51,529 nucleotides of DNA from Vicinamibacterales bacterium (lineage in GTDB: Bacteria > Acidobacteriota > Vicinamibacteria > Vicinamibacterales > UBA2999): the NCBI GenBank assembly GCA_050747925.1, contig JBOGIV010000174.1, forward strand, positions 1 to 51,529, read 5' to 3'. Position 1 is the first letter of the stretch; each line of letters begins with the position of its first letter. Positions 26,687 through 35,113 of the stretch are shown piece after piece. A program made the translations under genes and the position numbers. The notes beneath the pieces were generated by a model that worked only from the letters and a program-made list of their open reading frames with translations, searched no databases and was not told where the DNA came from.

Positions 26687-27163
26687 ATGTCGCTCCTGCC
26701 GTTTTTTGAATGGTGTGAAGCATCGGCGATCGGGCAGATCATCCGCGATTCACAGTGGCTGTTCCCGGTCATCGAATCGGTGCACCTCATTGCGCTGGGA
26801 GCCATTGGCGGCGCAGTGCTTGTGCTCGACCTTCGGATGCTGGGTGTTGGACTCCGTCTTCGGTCGGTCGCCGAAGTCGCGCGGGAAGCGCACCCGTGGT
26901 TTCTCGGCAGCCTCGCCGTGATGATCCTGACCGGGATGGGCCTCTTCCTGTCCGAGGCCATCAAGTGCTACTACAGCCAAGCCTTCTGGGTGAAGATCAG
27001 CACGCTCCCGGTGGCGACGCTCTTTGCGCTGACCATCCGGCGGCGCGTGGCGGCTGCGGATGACGGGCAGATCTCACCGCTCACGCGGCGTGCGGTCGCG
27101 GTGATTTCGCTGCTGCTGTGGTTCACCGTCGCCGCCGCGGGACGATGGATCGGCTTTTCTTGA
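26687..27163 (+). CDS. DUF6644-like integral membrane protein (copy 2, paralog)
   Basis: 158 aa. It shares the N-terminus MSLLPFFEWC (copy 1 has MSLLAFCEWL) and the blocks PVIESVHLI and LDLRMLG with the gene at 26100-26663. Confidence 0.65.
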   Translation: MSLLPFFEWCEASAIGQIIRDSQWLFPVIESVHLIALGAIGGAVLVLDLRMLGVGLRLRSVAEVAREAHPWFLGSLAVMILTGMGLFLSEAIKCYYSQAFWVKISTLPVATLFALTIRRRVAAADDGQISPLTRRAVAVISLLLWFTVAAAGRWIGFS

Positions 27164-27169
27164 AGAGGT

Positions 27170-27263
27170 GATCGGGGATCGACGCTGATCCCCGATCCCT
27201 GATCCCCGATCCCTGATCCCTGATCCCTGATCCCTGATCCCCGATCCCTGATCCCCGATCCCT
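27170..27263. repeat. Hairpin plus 11-unit heptamer tandem array GATCCC(C/T)
   Basis: gatcggggatc (27170-27180) is the reverse complement of gatccccgatc (27187-27197). From 27187 to 27263 there are 11 exact 7-nt units in the order C,T,C,T,T,T,T,C,T,C,T at the seventh base. The element lies between convergent stops at 27163 and 27271. Confidence 0.9.
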
Positions 27264-27270
27264 GCTCTAC

Positions 27271-27741
27271 CTACCGTCCTGGCGGCTTCTTGGTCGGAGG
27301 AGGAGTCTCGGTCGCATCCCTGCCGTCCCGCGGTGCGCCCGTTCCCGACGAGCCCATGAATAACTTGCGGCCATCAGTGAACGTGACGTCGCGGCCGTTG
27401 GCGCGCTTCACCGACTTATCCTTCGTGCGGTAGCCGTCGACGATGACCTCGGTGCCCTGCGCGATGAACTGCGTGAGCTCGGCCTTGGTGATCCCGCGTC
27501 GGGTGAGCGTGTTCGGCGTCCCGCCTTCGACCATCCAGACTTCGTTGCCGGCAGGCGTTTTGGTTTCGACGTGAATCCACGCGTGCGGATTGACCCACTC
27601 GACCTTGACGATCTTTCCCTGCAGCCGGATCGGATCGTTCGGGTCGAACTCGGCGCCGAATGCGTGATGGGCAGCGACCCTGGACCCGGCCACCGCGCTC
27701 AACGCCACTCCGACTAGTCCAACAAGAATTCGTCTCGACAT
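27271..27741 (-). CDS. DUF6152-like secreted protein (predicted mature N-terminus His-His)
   Basis: The start is taken at MSRRILVGLVGVALSAVAGSRVAA|HHAFGAEFD (cat at 27739-27741). The VEWVNPHAWIHV block is typical of the family as I remember it. The tail is Pro/Lys-rich. Confidence 0.65.
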   Translation of the reverse strand: MSRRILVGLVGVALSAVAGSRVAAHHAFGAEFDPNDPIRLQGKIVKVEWVNPHAWIHVETKTPAGNEVWMVEGGTPNTLTRRGITKAELTQFIAQGTEVIVDGYRTKDKSVKRANGRDVTFTDGRKLFMGSSGTGAPRDGRDATETPPPTKKPPGR

Positions 27742-27791
27742 CGTAGGGTCCTCAGTTTCCGTAAGACCTATTCTAATCGTGCCCCGTCCAT

Positions 27792-28838
27792 TCAGTCCTG
27801 TTTTTTGGCAGCGGCCTCTTGCTCTCGTTGGCGCTCGCCTCTGAGAATGTTGCCCAGTGCGTAGTTGCCTTCGTGGCACGCGTACTCGTAAATCAATTCG
27901 TCACTTTGTCGGAACGGAATCTCGCCACTCCAAGACCGCGTGAACGTCGTGGGATCCTCGACCGTGAACTTGTAGACGATCGAATCGGCTGACACGCGCG
28001 TCAGGCGCTCGATCACATGCAGGTTCTCCGAGGCGCCCCGGAACGGCTGCTGCAGCGGGAAGTTCGTCGTGTCCACGACGAGCGTGTCCCCTTCCCAGTG
28101 TCCGATGGAGTCACCCATCCATGGCCGGATGTGGCTCGGCAGATGCTTGCCGCCAATCCGGATGATGCGCGCGTCATGCACCATCTCCATCAGGATCATG
28201 ACGTGATCGGGCGTCTGCACGATCTGGTAGTTGTTGTTGTAGAAGTAGTTGGGAATCATCGGCGTCGTCGGGCCGAACGAGAGAATGCAACGCTCGGCCA
28301 GCGGTCGGAACTCCGGGTGATCGTACGCGCCTCTTCCTCGCATCGCCGCCGCGCGATCGGCCGCCCGCTGGCGCGCCTGGTCAGTGAGAGGCGGGACGCG
28401 GCCGTCCGGTGGATCGGTGATGAGCGAGCTTCGCCGCTCCCCGTTGACCACGGCAACGCGGTTGCCAGGATCGAGCCAGAAGTTGTTGTAGCCACCGACG
28501 TTTCCAGCCGCTCCTGTCGAGCCATCGCCTCCCTTCGGCGGTGCAGGCCGTTCCGGATTGCTCGGCTGTGCGAGTCGCTCGACTCTGGCGTCAACCTGCC
28601 TCTCGAGCCTGGCGGCTTCGGCTTCGGTCAACACGGCGCTCGTGATGTTGGGCCGCTCGAGGGGCGTGATCGTCTCATTGGTCCAGATGCCTTGCAGGTC
28701 CGGGCGACCGTCGAGGAGGCGAGGCACGCTCCAGGCCCTCTCACCGTTCGCCTGTCCGCTCACCGGCAACGGCGCGAGCAATGCCGCGACGCCTGCCGCC
28801 ACGATCACCGCGACGCACAGCTGAAAGGTCCGCTTCAT
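27792..28838 (-). CDS. Secreted hypothetical protein (paralog A)
   Basis: The start is taken at MKRTFQLCVAVIVAAGVAALLAPLPVSGQA (cat at 28836-28838). It shares the blocks RPDLQGIWT, GHWEGDTLVVDTTNF and FTVEDPTTFTRSW with the next gene. Confidence 0.6.
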   Translation of the reverse strand: MKRTFQLCVAVIVAAGVAALLAPLPVSGQANGERAWSVPRLLDGRPDLQGIWTNETITPLERPNITSAVLTEAEAARLERQVDARVERLAQPSNPERPAPPKGGDGSTGAAGNVGGYNNFWLDPGNRVAVVNGERRSSLITDPPDGRVPPLTDQARQRAADRAAAMRGRGAYDHPEFRPLAERCILSFGPTTPMIPNYFYNNNYQIVQTPDHVMILMEMVHDARIIRIGGKHLPSHIRPWMGDSIGHWEGDTLVVDTTNFPLQQPFRGASENLHVIERLTRVSADSIVYKFTVEDPTTFTRSWSGEIPFRQSDELIYEYACHEGNYALGNILRGERQREQEAAAKKQD

Positions 28839-28861
28839 TCGAATGCCTCCTGCCCGATCGA

Positions 28862-29722
28862 TCACTTGACGGGTTCCTTCCGGTATTGACCGTAGATCAG
28901 CTCTTCGACGAACTCGACGCACTTGAACTGGTTGAGACGCGCGTCCGCGTTGACGTGACGGTAAAGCGGCATCCTGATCGTCCAGGGTCTCGTGAACACC
29001 TCCGGATCTTCGATCGTCGCCTCGTAATGCAGCGTATCGGGACCGAGCGGTGTGTAGCGCTCCACGACGTGGAGCTTGTCGCTGTGGAAGTTGCCGGAAC
29101 GATCGAACCACGACTGGTCATTGAAGCCAGTGACGTCCACGACGAGCGTGTCGCCCTCCCATCGGCCGACCGACTGCCCCATCCACGCGTCGATCGACGC
29201 CGGACCAGGATCGGTGAGATAGATGTTTCGAACGGCGCCCGCATACTCGTAGGCAAAAAAGATGGCCTTTTCGTTTTGGAGAATCTGAAACGGGAACGGC
29301 ATGTAGTTGGCGCGCGGAACGCCCGGGAGGTAACACTTGATCTCGGGATCCAAAGTCAGCCAGTTGGCCTGGTTCTCTTTCTTCTTGGCCGCGGCTTCGG
29401 GCTTGTAGGGAATCTCGTCACCGACGACGACGCCAACTCCCGCGGGGACCGCGCCGACCGCGCCAAGTGCGACCACCTCTTTGGCCGGAACGGGATTCAC
29501 CGGCCCAGGACGCATCGCCATGGCGGGTCGCGCCTGATGTGCAAGCAAATCGTAATTGGCCGTGTTGAGCGCCTGCCAGATGCCGTTGAGATTCGGCTTG
29601 CCGTCTGGCGTACGCGCCGGCCGTTTGGCCTGACCTGTCGCAGGTTGTGACGTGAAGGCGAGCGCGAGGGCGAAAGCGACACCGGCGAGGCCGATAACGA
29701 GGCGGTTCAAACGGCTTGGCAT
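28862..29722 (-). CDS. Secreted hypothetical protein (paralog B)
   Basis: The ATG at 29720-29722 gives MPSRLNRLVIGLAGVAFALALAFTSQPATGQA. The track starts at a TTG at 29728. Shared blocks are KPNLNGIWQ, GRWEGDTLVVDVTGF and ATIEDPEVFTRPW. Confidence 0.6.
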   Translation of the reverse strand: MPSRLNRLVIGLAGVAFALALAFTSQPATGQAKRPARTPDGKPNLNGIWQALNTANYDLLAHQARPAMAMRPGPVNPVPAKEVVALGAVGAVPAGVGVVVGDEIPYKPEAAAKKKENQANWLTLDPEIKCYLPGVPRANYMPFPFQILQNEKAIFFAYEYAGAVRNIYLTDPGPASIDAWMGQSVGRWEGDTLVVDVTGFNDQSWFDRSGNFHSDKLHVVERYTPLGPDTLHYEATIEDPEVFTRPWTIRMPLYRHVNADARLNQFKCVEFVEELIYGQYRKEPVK

Positions 29723-29836
29723 CTGCAAGTCACCTCAGTCGTCCGTAGGACGCGACTTCAATCGTGCTGTGCAGGAGATGCTGAAGCCGAATCTTTAGGA
29801 TGTCAAGACACGGACCCATGAATAAGATCCGTCGCG

Positions 29837-30673
29837 ATGCCCCAGTCGCGTCTCGCGAAGGCCGTCGTGCTGGCCGCCGGCGCCGGAAAGCGAATGCGTC
29901 GCGCTGACCCGACCAGTCACCTGACGCACGACCAGGAACACGCGGCCGCCGCCGGACACAAGGCGCTGATGCCGATCGGCAGCGGTGAAAACGGGCGGCC
30001 CTTCCTGGACTTCGTCCTCAGCGCGGTCGCCGATGCCGGCTGCGACGCCGTCTGCCTCGTCATCGGCAAGGACCACGACGACATCCAGCGCCACTACGAG
30101 CTGGAGCGGCCACCGGCACGACTCCGCGTGGAGTTCGCTCGCCAACACTCACCCGAAGGAACGGCGCACGCGCTGCTGACCGCAGAGGCGTTTGTCGGTC
30201 GCGATCCGTTTCTCGTCCTCAACGCCGACAATCTCTATCCGGCCGCTGTCCTCGGCCTCTTGATGGCGTTGGAGGGTCCCGGTCTTGTCGCGTTTGAGCG
30301 TGACGCCCTCATCCGTGACACCGGATTCCCGCTCGCTCGGGTCGCGGCCTTTGCCTTGCTCGATGTCGACGAAGATGGATGTCTGCGGGGGATTCTCGAA
30401 AAGCCAGGCGTCGACAGACTCGAAGTGGCGGGACCCCGCGCGCTGGTGAGCATGAACGTGTGGCGGTTCGACGAGCGTATCTTTCACGCCTGCCGCACTG
30501 TCGCCCGCTCTGCGCGCGGCGAATTGGAGTTGCCTGAGGCGGTCGGCCTCGCGATCGCACAAGGCGTCATGTTTCGCGCGGTGATCGGCCGCGGCGCGAT
30601 TCTGGACCTCTCGAATCGATCCGACGTCGCGCAAGTCACTGCAGAACTCGCAGGCCGGCACGCGACGCCGTGA
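29837..30673 (+). CDS. Sugar-phosphate nucleotidyltransferase
   Basis: The N-terminal motif is KAVVLAAGAGKRMR (G-x-G-x-R pyrophosphorylase loop). The motif FLVLNADNLY is also present. Confidence 0.75.
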   Translation: MPQSRLAKAVVLAAGAGKRMRRADPTSHLTHDQEHAAAAGHKALMPIGSGENGRPFLDFVLSAVADAGCDAVCLVIGKDHDDIQRHYELERPPARLRVEFARQHSPEGTAHALLTAEAFVGRDPFLVLNADNLYPAAVLGLLMALEGPGLVAFERDALIRDTGFPLARVAAFALLDVDEDGCLRGILEKPGVDRLEVAGPRALVSMNVWRFDERIFHACRTVARSARGELELPEAVGLAIAQGVMFRAVIGRGAILDLSNRSDVAQVTAELAGRHATP

Positions 30674-32010
30674 CCCATCAGCACTCCGCACACCAGTTCT
30701 TGGGTCTCGGCATGAGCAGCGACGACGCGGCGTCGCGCGCCGCATTGATCGAGCTGGCCGATCATGGGTTTCGTCGAGACGTCGGCTCGGCTCCAGACTG
30801 GCTCTGGTTCGTTCCGGGGCGAATCGAGATCTTTGGCAAGCACACCGACTACGCCGGTGGGCGATCGCTGCTCTGTACCGTGCCCCGCGGCATTGCGGTC
30901 GCCGCGTGTCCACGACCCGACCGCATCGTCCGGGTGATCGATCTATCGGACAACGAAGTTGCGACAATCGATCTGGCGTCGAACCGCCCGCCGCGCCCGG
31001 GGCTCGACCACTACGCGAGCGTTGTCGCCAGACGATTGGGCTTGAACTTTCCGGAGGCCCAGCTCGGCGCCGAGATCGCGATCCTGAGCGATCTTCCGCG
31101 TGCAGCAGGCGTCAGCAGCTCGAGCGCGCTGGTTGTCGGCATCGCGTCGGCACTGATCCGTCGCGCGTCACTGGATCGGCGTCCGGAGTGGCGTGCGAAC
31201 ATCAACTCGACGCAGGACCGAGCGTGGTATCTCGGTTGCGTTGAGAACGGCCTCAGCTACCGCGCGTTGCCGAGCTCGTCGGGTGTGGGCACGCTGGGCG
31301 GGAGCGAGGATCACGCGGCCATCCTGGCGTGCCGGGCCGGACATGTGAGCCAATATCGCTTCGTCCCGGTTCACCACATCAATGACGTCGTCATGCCGCC
31401 CGAGTGGGCGTTTCTCGTCGTCTCGAGTGGCGTCCACGCGGACAAGGCCGGCGGCGTGCGCGAGCTCTACAATCGCGCGTCACGGGCGACGCAGGTTCTG
31501 CTCGACATCTGGAATTCGCAGACGGGGACGCCGGCTCGGTCGCTCGGCGAGGCGCTCGATTCGAATCCCGAAGCGGCCGACAAGCTGCGCGAGCTAGTGA
31601 ACCACGCACCCGGTGGCGGCTTCACGAGCGGCGCGCTCCAGAGCCGCCTCGACCACTTCGTGCGAGAGGATCGTCGAGTGCCCGCGGCCGCACAGGCGTT
31701 TGCGACAGCCGATGCGGAGGCACTCCGGAGGCTGGCGGCCGATTCTCAGTCAGATGCCGACCGCCTGTTGGGCAATCAGGTGCCACAGACTCGAACGCTC
31801 GTGGAGCTGGCGCTCGACTCCGGAGCGTTTGCGGCGAGCAGCTTCGGGGCGGGGTTCGGTGGAAGCGTGTGGGCCCTGGTTCTTTCTCACCTGGCCCAAC
31901 GCGTTGGGCGCCACTGGGTGCATGCGTACGAACGGCGACCGGGCGTCGGGCGCGTGGACTGGTTTGTCGCCAGGCCCGGACCGCCGCTCACCGAACTGCC
32001 GGACGATTGA
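30670..32010 (+). CDS. GHMP-family sugar kinase (galactokinase-like)
   Basis: VPGRIEIFGKHTDYAGG resembles the galactokinase signature. LPRAAGVSSSSALVVG is GHMP motif II. The C-terminal GAGFGGSVWALV is motif III. The GTG start sits in a GTGA overlap with the upstream stop. Confidence 0.75.
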   Translation: MTHQHSAHQFLGLGMSSDDAASRAALIELADHGFRRDVGSAPDWLWFVPGRIEIFGKHTDYAGGRSLLCTVPRGIAVAACPRPDRIVRVIDLSDNEVATIDLASNRPPRPGLDHYASVVARRLGLNFPEAQLGAEIAILSDLPRAAGVSSSSALVVGIASALIRRASLDRRPEWRANINSTQDRAWYLGCVENGLSYRALPSSSGVGTLGGSEDHAAILACRAGHVSQYRFVPVHHINDVVMPPEWAFLVVSSGVHADKAGGVRELYNRASRATQVLLDIWNSQTGTPARSLGEALDSNPEAADKLRELVNHAPGGGFTSGALQSRLDHFVREDRRVPAAAQAFATADAEALRRLAADSQSDADRLLGNQVPQTRTLVELALDSGAFAASSFGAGFGGSVWALVLSHLAQRVGRHWVHAYERRPGVGRVDWFVARPGPPLTELPDD

Positions 32011-32019
32011 CTCGCTTGC

Positions 32020-34977
32020 CTAGTTGCGCCTCAACAGGCCTTCGAGAAAATACACTTCGCCGCCCTTGATGACGGTGCGCACTTTTCTGGCGTTCTTGAT
32101 GTCGGCGAGGGGATCCCCCGTCACGATCACGAGGTCGGCCAGCTTCCCCGCCTCGGCCGATCCGAGATTCGACGCCTCTCCGAGGGCTTCTGCCGCGCCA
32201 GTGGTCGCGGTCTGAAGCACTTCGAACGCGGTGAGTCCGCTTTGCGCAAAGATCTCGAGCTCGGTGTGGAACGCAAGTCCATACGGGAAGATCGGCGAAT
32301 CGGTTCCAGCGAGTACGACGCCGCCACCTCGGACGATCCGCCTCAGTGTCTCCGCAAATGGCCGCATGGCGGCCTCGCGTCCGGGAAGCTCCTCCGGCCG
32401 AGCGCTCTTCGCCAACCGTTCCATATCGCTGACGACCGATGCAGGAAACAGCGTGCGGAATCGGGGATCGTCAATTCTGGATGGATCTCTTGCGAGGACG
32501 AGCGGGAACCACCCAGAAATGCCGAGCGTCGGGGTGATCGTCATCTTCGAGGCGGTCAACAGATCAATCACATCTTGATAGCTGCGGTTCAGGCCCGTGA
32601 CCTTTGGCGAGTAGCCACGACGGCTGGTTCCGCGAAAATGCTCGACGCCGTCGGCCCCAGATGCCACCGCCGGATAGATTTCGTGTGACGTGACCGGCAG
32701 GCCGCGCCGGTGCGCGAACTCAATGACCTCTTTCTGAGTGCTGTCGTTCAGGCGGACATAGGTCTTGATCAAGTCGTAGTCGAGCTCAGGAGTACGTTCG
32801 AGCTCCAGCGCGAGTTGGCGGTCGCCGTTCACGGCCACACCACCCGAGTAGTAGATGCGCGAGCCGTCGAACGGGGCGCCGGTGGTGAAGATACGAGGGC
32901 CGATGCGAACGCCGGCAGCAATCGCTTCGCGATCTTCGAGACCCTCGTACGCGTTCGCTGCGGGATTGCGAATCGACGTGATGCCGTAGGACAGCCAGAT
33001 GCGGCCCAGCGCTTCGCCGTAGTTCTTGCTGAGATGCGTATGCATCTCGATGAGGCCAGGCATGACGACGTCGTTGCTCGCGTCGATGACGCGACCCTCG
33101 TGCAGGCCGTTGCGGTGTTCGACCACGCGCTCGATTCGGTTATCTCGAATGACGATGTCCAACCCGGTCCGAAGCGTCGATGTGCGACCGTCGAACAGGC
33201 GGCCTGCGTGTACGACGGTTCGGCCCGTGGGGATCGCCGGCTGCCAGGTCAGGTTGACTGGCACGTCGATGACCCGGCCGTCGCTGACATCGACAAGCTT
33301 CAGACGATCCGACGTTTGGTACAGCAGACGCCTCGAGTCCGCGGCCCACGACGGTGAGTTGGCGATGTCGGTCGAGACCTGACGCAGCGGCCCTGCGACT
33401 TCGCCGGTCGGTGTCACTGGCATGACCTGCAGCAGGCCATCCATGACAAACGCCATCTTCGATCCATCGCGCGACCAGACCGGCCCGTCGTGCTCCCGGG
33501 TCCCAATCGAATGGTGCGCCACGGCATTGAGTTGTCGATCCGCTGCGCCCGTTGTCGACACCAACACCAGCTGATTCGTGCCCTCGCGGAATCGGGTGGA
33601 GTACGGTTTCAGCACCGAGACCGCGAGCCATCCTTCCGGCGCCCAGGTGGGGCGACCAGGGTCGCGGAACGCGCCATGGACGGGGGCGTTCCTGCCGGTG
33701 ACACCGATCGCGCCATCGTGGGTCACATACGCAATCTCAGTACCTCTCGGCGCCCACGAGGCTTTGGTCGCGTCAGAGGCGACCTTCCGATCGGTTGCAC
33801 TCTCCATGTCGCGGACCCAGAGGTCCATCGAGCCTGCACGGTCGGAAGAAAAGGCCAGCGCGCGGCCGTCTGGCGACCACGTCGGATCCATCTCGACAAA
33901 GCGATCGTTGGTGAGACGTCGCGCTTCACCGCCAAGGGGCATGACCCAGAGATCGCCAACTGCAACAAAGGCGACCCGCGTCCCGTCGGGCGAAAGCGTT
34001 GGCGCCATGATGCCGCGCACCGGACGGGCCGCGCGGGAATCGAAATCACGCGACCTGCGTTGATACGGCGTTCGCGCAAACGACACCTCCGCTCGGAATT
34101 CGACCGGTTCGACCTGCCCGGTCAGAATCGAGCGCTTTTTGATCGTCCCGTCGGCCGTATAGATCACGTCGGTTGGAGACGCCCATTGCGCGCGGAAGGG
34201 AAAGACGTCTTCTTGCCCTGTGATCGCGCGACCGTCGAGCATCAGGTGGCTCTGGCCCGCTGCAATGAGGTTGTAGATGACTTTCGACCCGTCGGGAGTC
34301 CACGACGGCGCGTTCACCGAACCGCGGACCGCAGCAACGACCGTTTCGGTGCCTGTGCTCGGGTCAACGCTCCAGACTCCACTACGGTCCTCGCGATCGG
34401 AAACAAAGGCAATCGTCGAACGGGTCGGCGACCACGCCGGGCCGAAGTCGTTCGCGGCGTTGCGCGTAATCTGGCGCACGGCTCCGGTACCGACGTGGAG
34501 CTCCCAGATGTCGTAATTGCCAGAGCGGTCCGACGAAAAAGCAATGCGGCTCCCATCTCGAGACCACGAGGGTTCACGGTCGTCGAATGGGCCGGACGTC
34601 ACGACGGTCAGTGCGCTGCCATCAGCATTCACCACCCAGATGTGCCAGACGCCATCGCGGTAACCCTGAAAGGCGATCCGCTGGTTGTCCGGCGCCCACA
34701 CCGGCTGGCGGGCGTCCATGTATTCATCGGTGATGCGTCGCGCTTTACCGCCCTCGGCGGGCAAAGTCCACAGGCTGCCAAGTAGGTCGATGGCGAGCGT
34801 CCGGCCGTCGGGCGAGAGGGCGGCCGCCATCGACGTGCCCTCGCGGAGTTCAAGGGAGATCTGCTGTGGCGCTGCGCCCGCTTGAGGTGGCGCGGCGGCC
34901 GGGTCGGAAGCGATCGCCAGGGCGCAGATAGTCGCCGCCGCGCTCGCCAGGGAAGCAGCTCGAATCACGGACGACAT
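32020..34977 (-). CDS. TolB-like beta-propeller repeats fused to metal-dependent amidohydrolase
   Basis: It has a signal peptide and many PD40-type repeats (SPDG..IAF.S.R.G..DIW). The C-terminal domain carries MPGLIEMHTHL (HxH) and TDSPIFP, as in amidohydrolase-family enzymes. Confidence 0.8.
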   Translation of the reverse strand: MSSVIRAASLASAAATICALAIASDPAAAPPQAGAAPQQISLELREGTSMAAALSPDGRTLAIDLLGSLWTLPAEGGKARRITDEYMDARQPVWAPDNQRIAFQGYRDGVWHIWVVNADGSALTVVTSGPFDDREPSWSRDGSRIAFSSDRSGNYDIWELHVGTGAVRQITRNAANDFGPAWSPTRSTIAFVSDREDRSGVWSVDPSTGTETVVAAVRGSVNAPSWTPDGSKVIYNLIAAGQSHLMLDGRAITGQEDVFPFRAQWASPTDVIYTADGTIKKRSILTGQVEPVEFRAEVSFARTPYQRRSRDFDSRAARPVRGIMAPTLSPDGTRVAFVAVGDLWVMPLGGEARRLTNDRFVEMDPTWSPDGRALAFSSDRAGSMDLWVRDMESATDRKVASDATKASWAPRGTEIAYVTHDGAIGVTGRNAPVHGAFRDPGRPTWAPEGWLAVSVLKPYSTRFREGTNQLVLVSTTGAADRQLNAVAHHSIGTREHDGPVWSRDGSKMAFVMDGLLQVMPVTPTGEVAGPLRQVSTDIANSPSWAADSRRLLYQTSDRLKLVDVSDGRVIDVPVNLTWQPAIPTGRTVVHAGRLFDGRTSTLRTGLDIVIRDNRIERVVEHRNGLHEGRVIDASNDVVMPGLIEMHTHLSKNYGEALGRIWLSYGITSIRNPAANAYEGLEDREAIAAGVRIGPRIFTTGAPFDGSRIYYSGGVAVNGDRQLALELERTPELDYDLIKTYVRLNDSTQKEVIEFAHRRGLPVTSHEIYPAVASGADGVEHFRGTSRRGYSPKVTGLNRSYQDVIDLLTASKMTITPTLGISGWFPLVLARDPSRIDDPRFRTLFPASVVSDMERLAKSARPEELPGREAAMRPFAETLRRIVRGGGVVLAGTDSPIFPYGLAFHTELEIFAQSGLTAFEVLQTATTGAAEALGEASNLGSAEAGKLADLVIVTGDPLADIKNARKVRTVIKGGEVYFLEGLLRRN

Positions 34978-34987
34978 CGCAATTGTC

Positions 34988-35111
34988 CAGGTTCTACGGG
35001 TCCTGCAGGTTCTACGGGTCCTGCAGGTTCTACAGGTTCTACAGGTTCTGGTTCTGCAAGTTCAGGTTCTACAGATTCGATGCGTCGAGCCCGTAGAACC
35101 CGTAGAACCTG
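34988..35111. repeat. GGTTCTAC-based tandem/inverted repeat array
   Basis: Direct GGTTCTAC copies lie at 34990, 35008, 35026, 35035 and 35065. Variants GGTTCTGG and GGTTCTGC lie at 35044 and 35050. Inverted GTAGAACC copies lie at 35093 and 35102. The array fills the spacer between the TonB receptor stop (35114) and the amidohydrolase start (34977). Confidence 0.85.
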
Positions 35112-35113
35112 TA

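Noticed and set aside
27170-27263. Possible CRISPR array. The same question applies to the other arrays at 34988-35111, 42100-42196 and 43599-43644.
   Set aside because: The units are only 7-9 nt and directly abut each other with no unique spacers. No cas genes are present. These are simple tandem or palindromic repeats.
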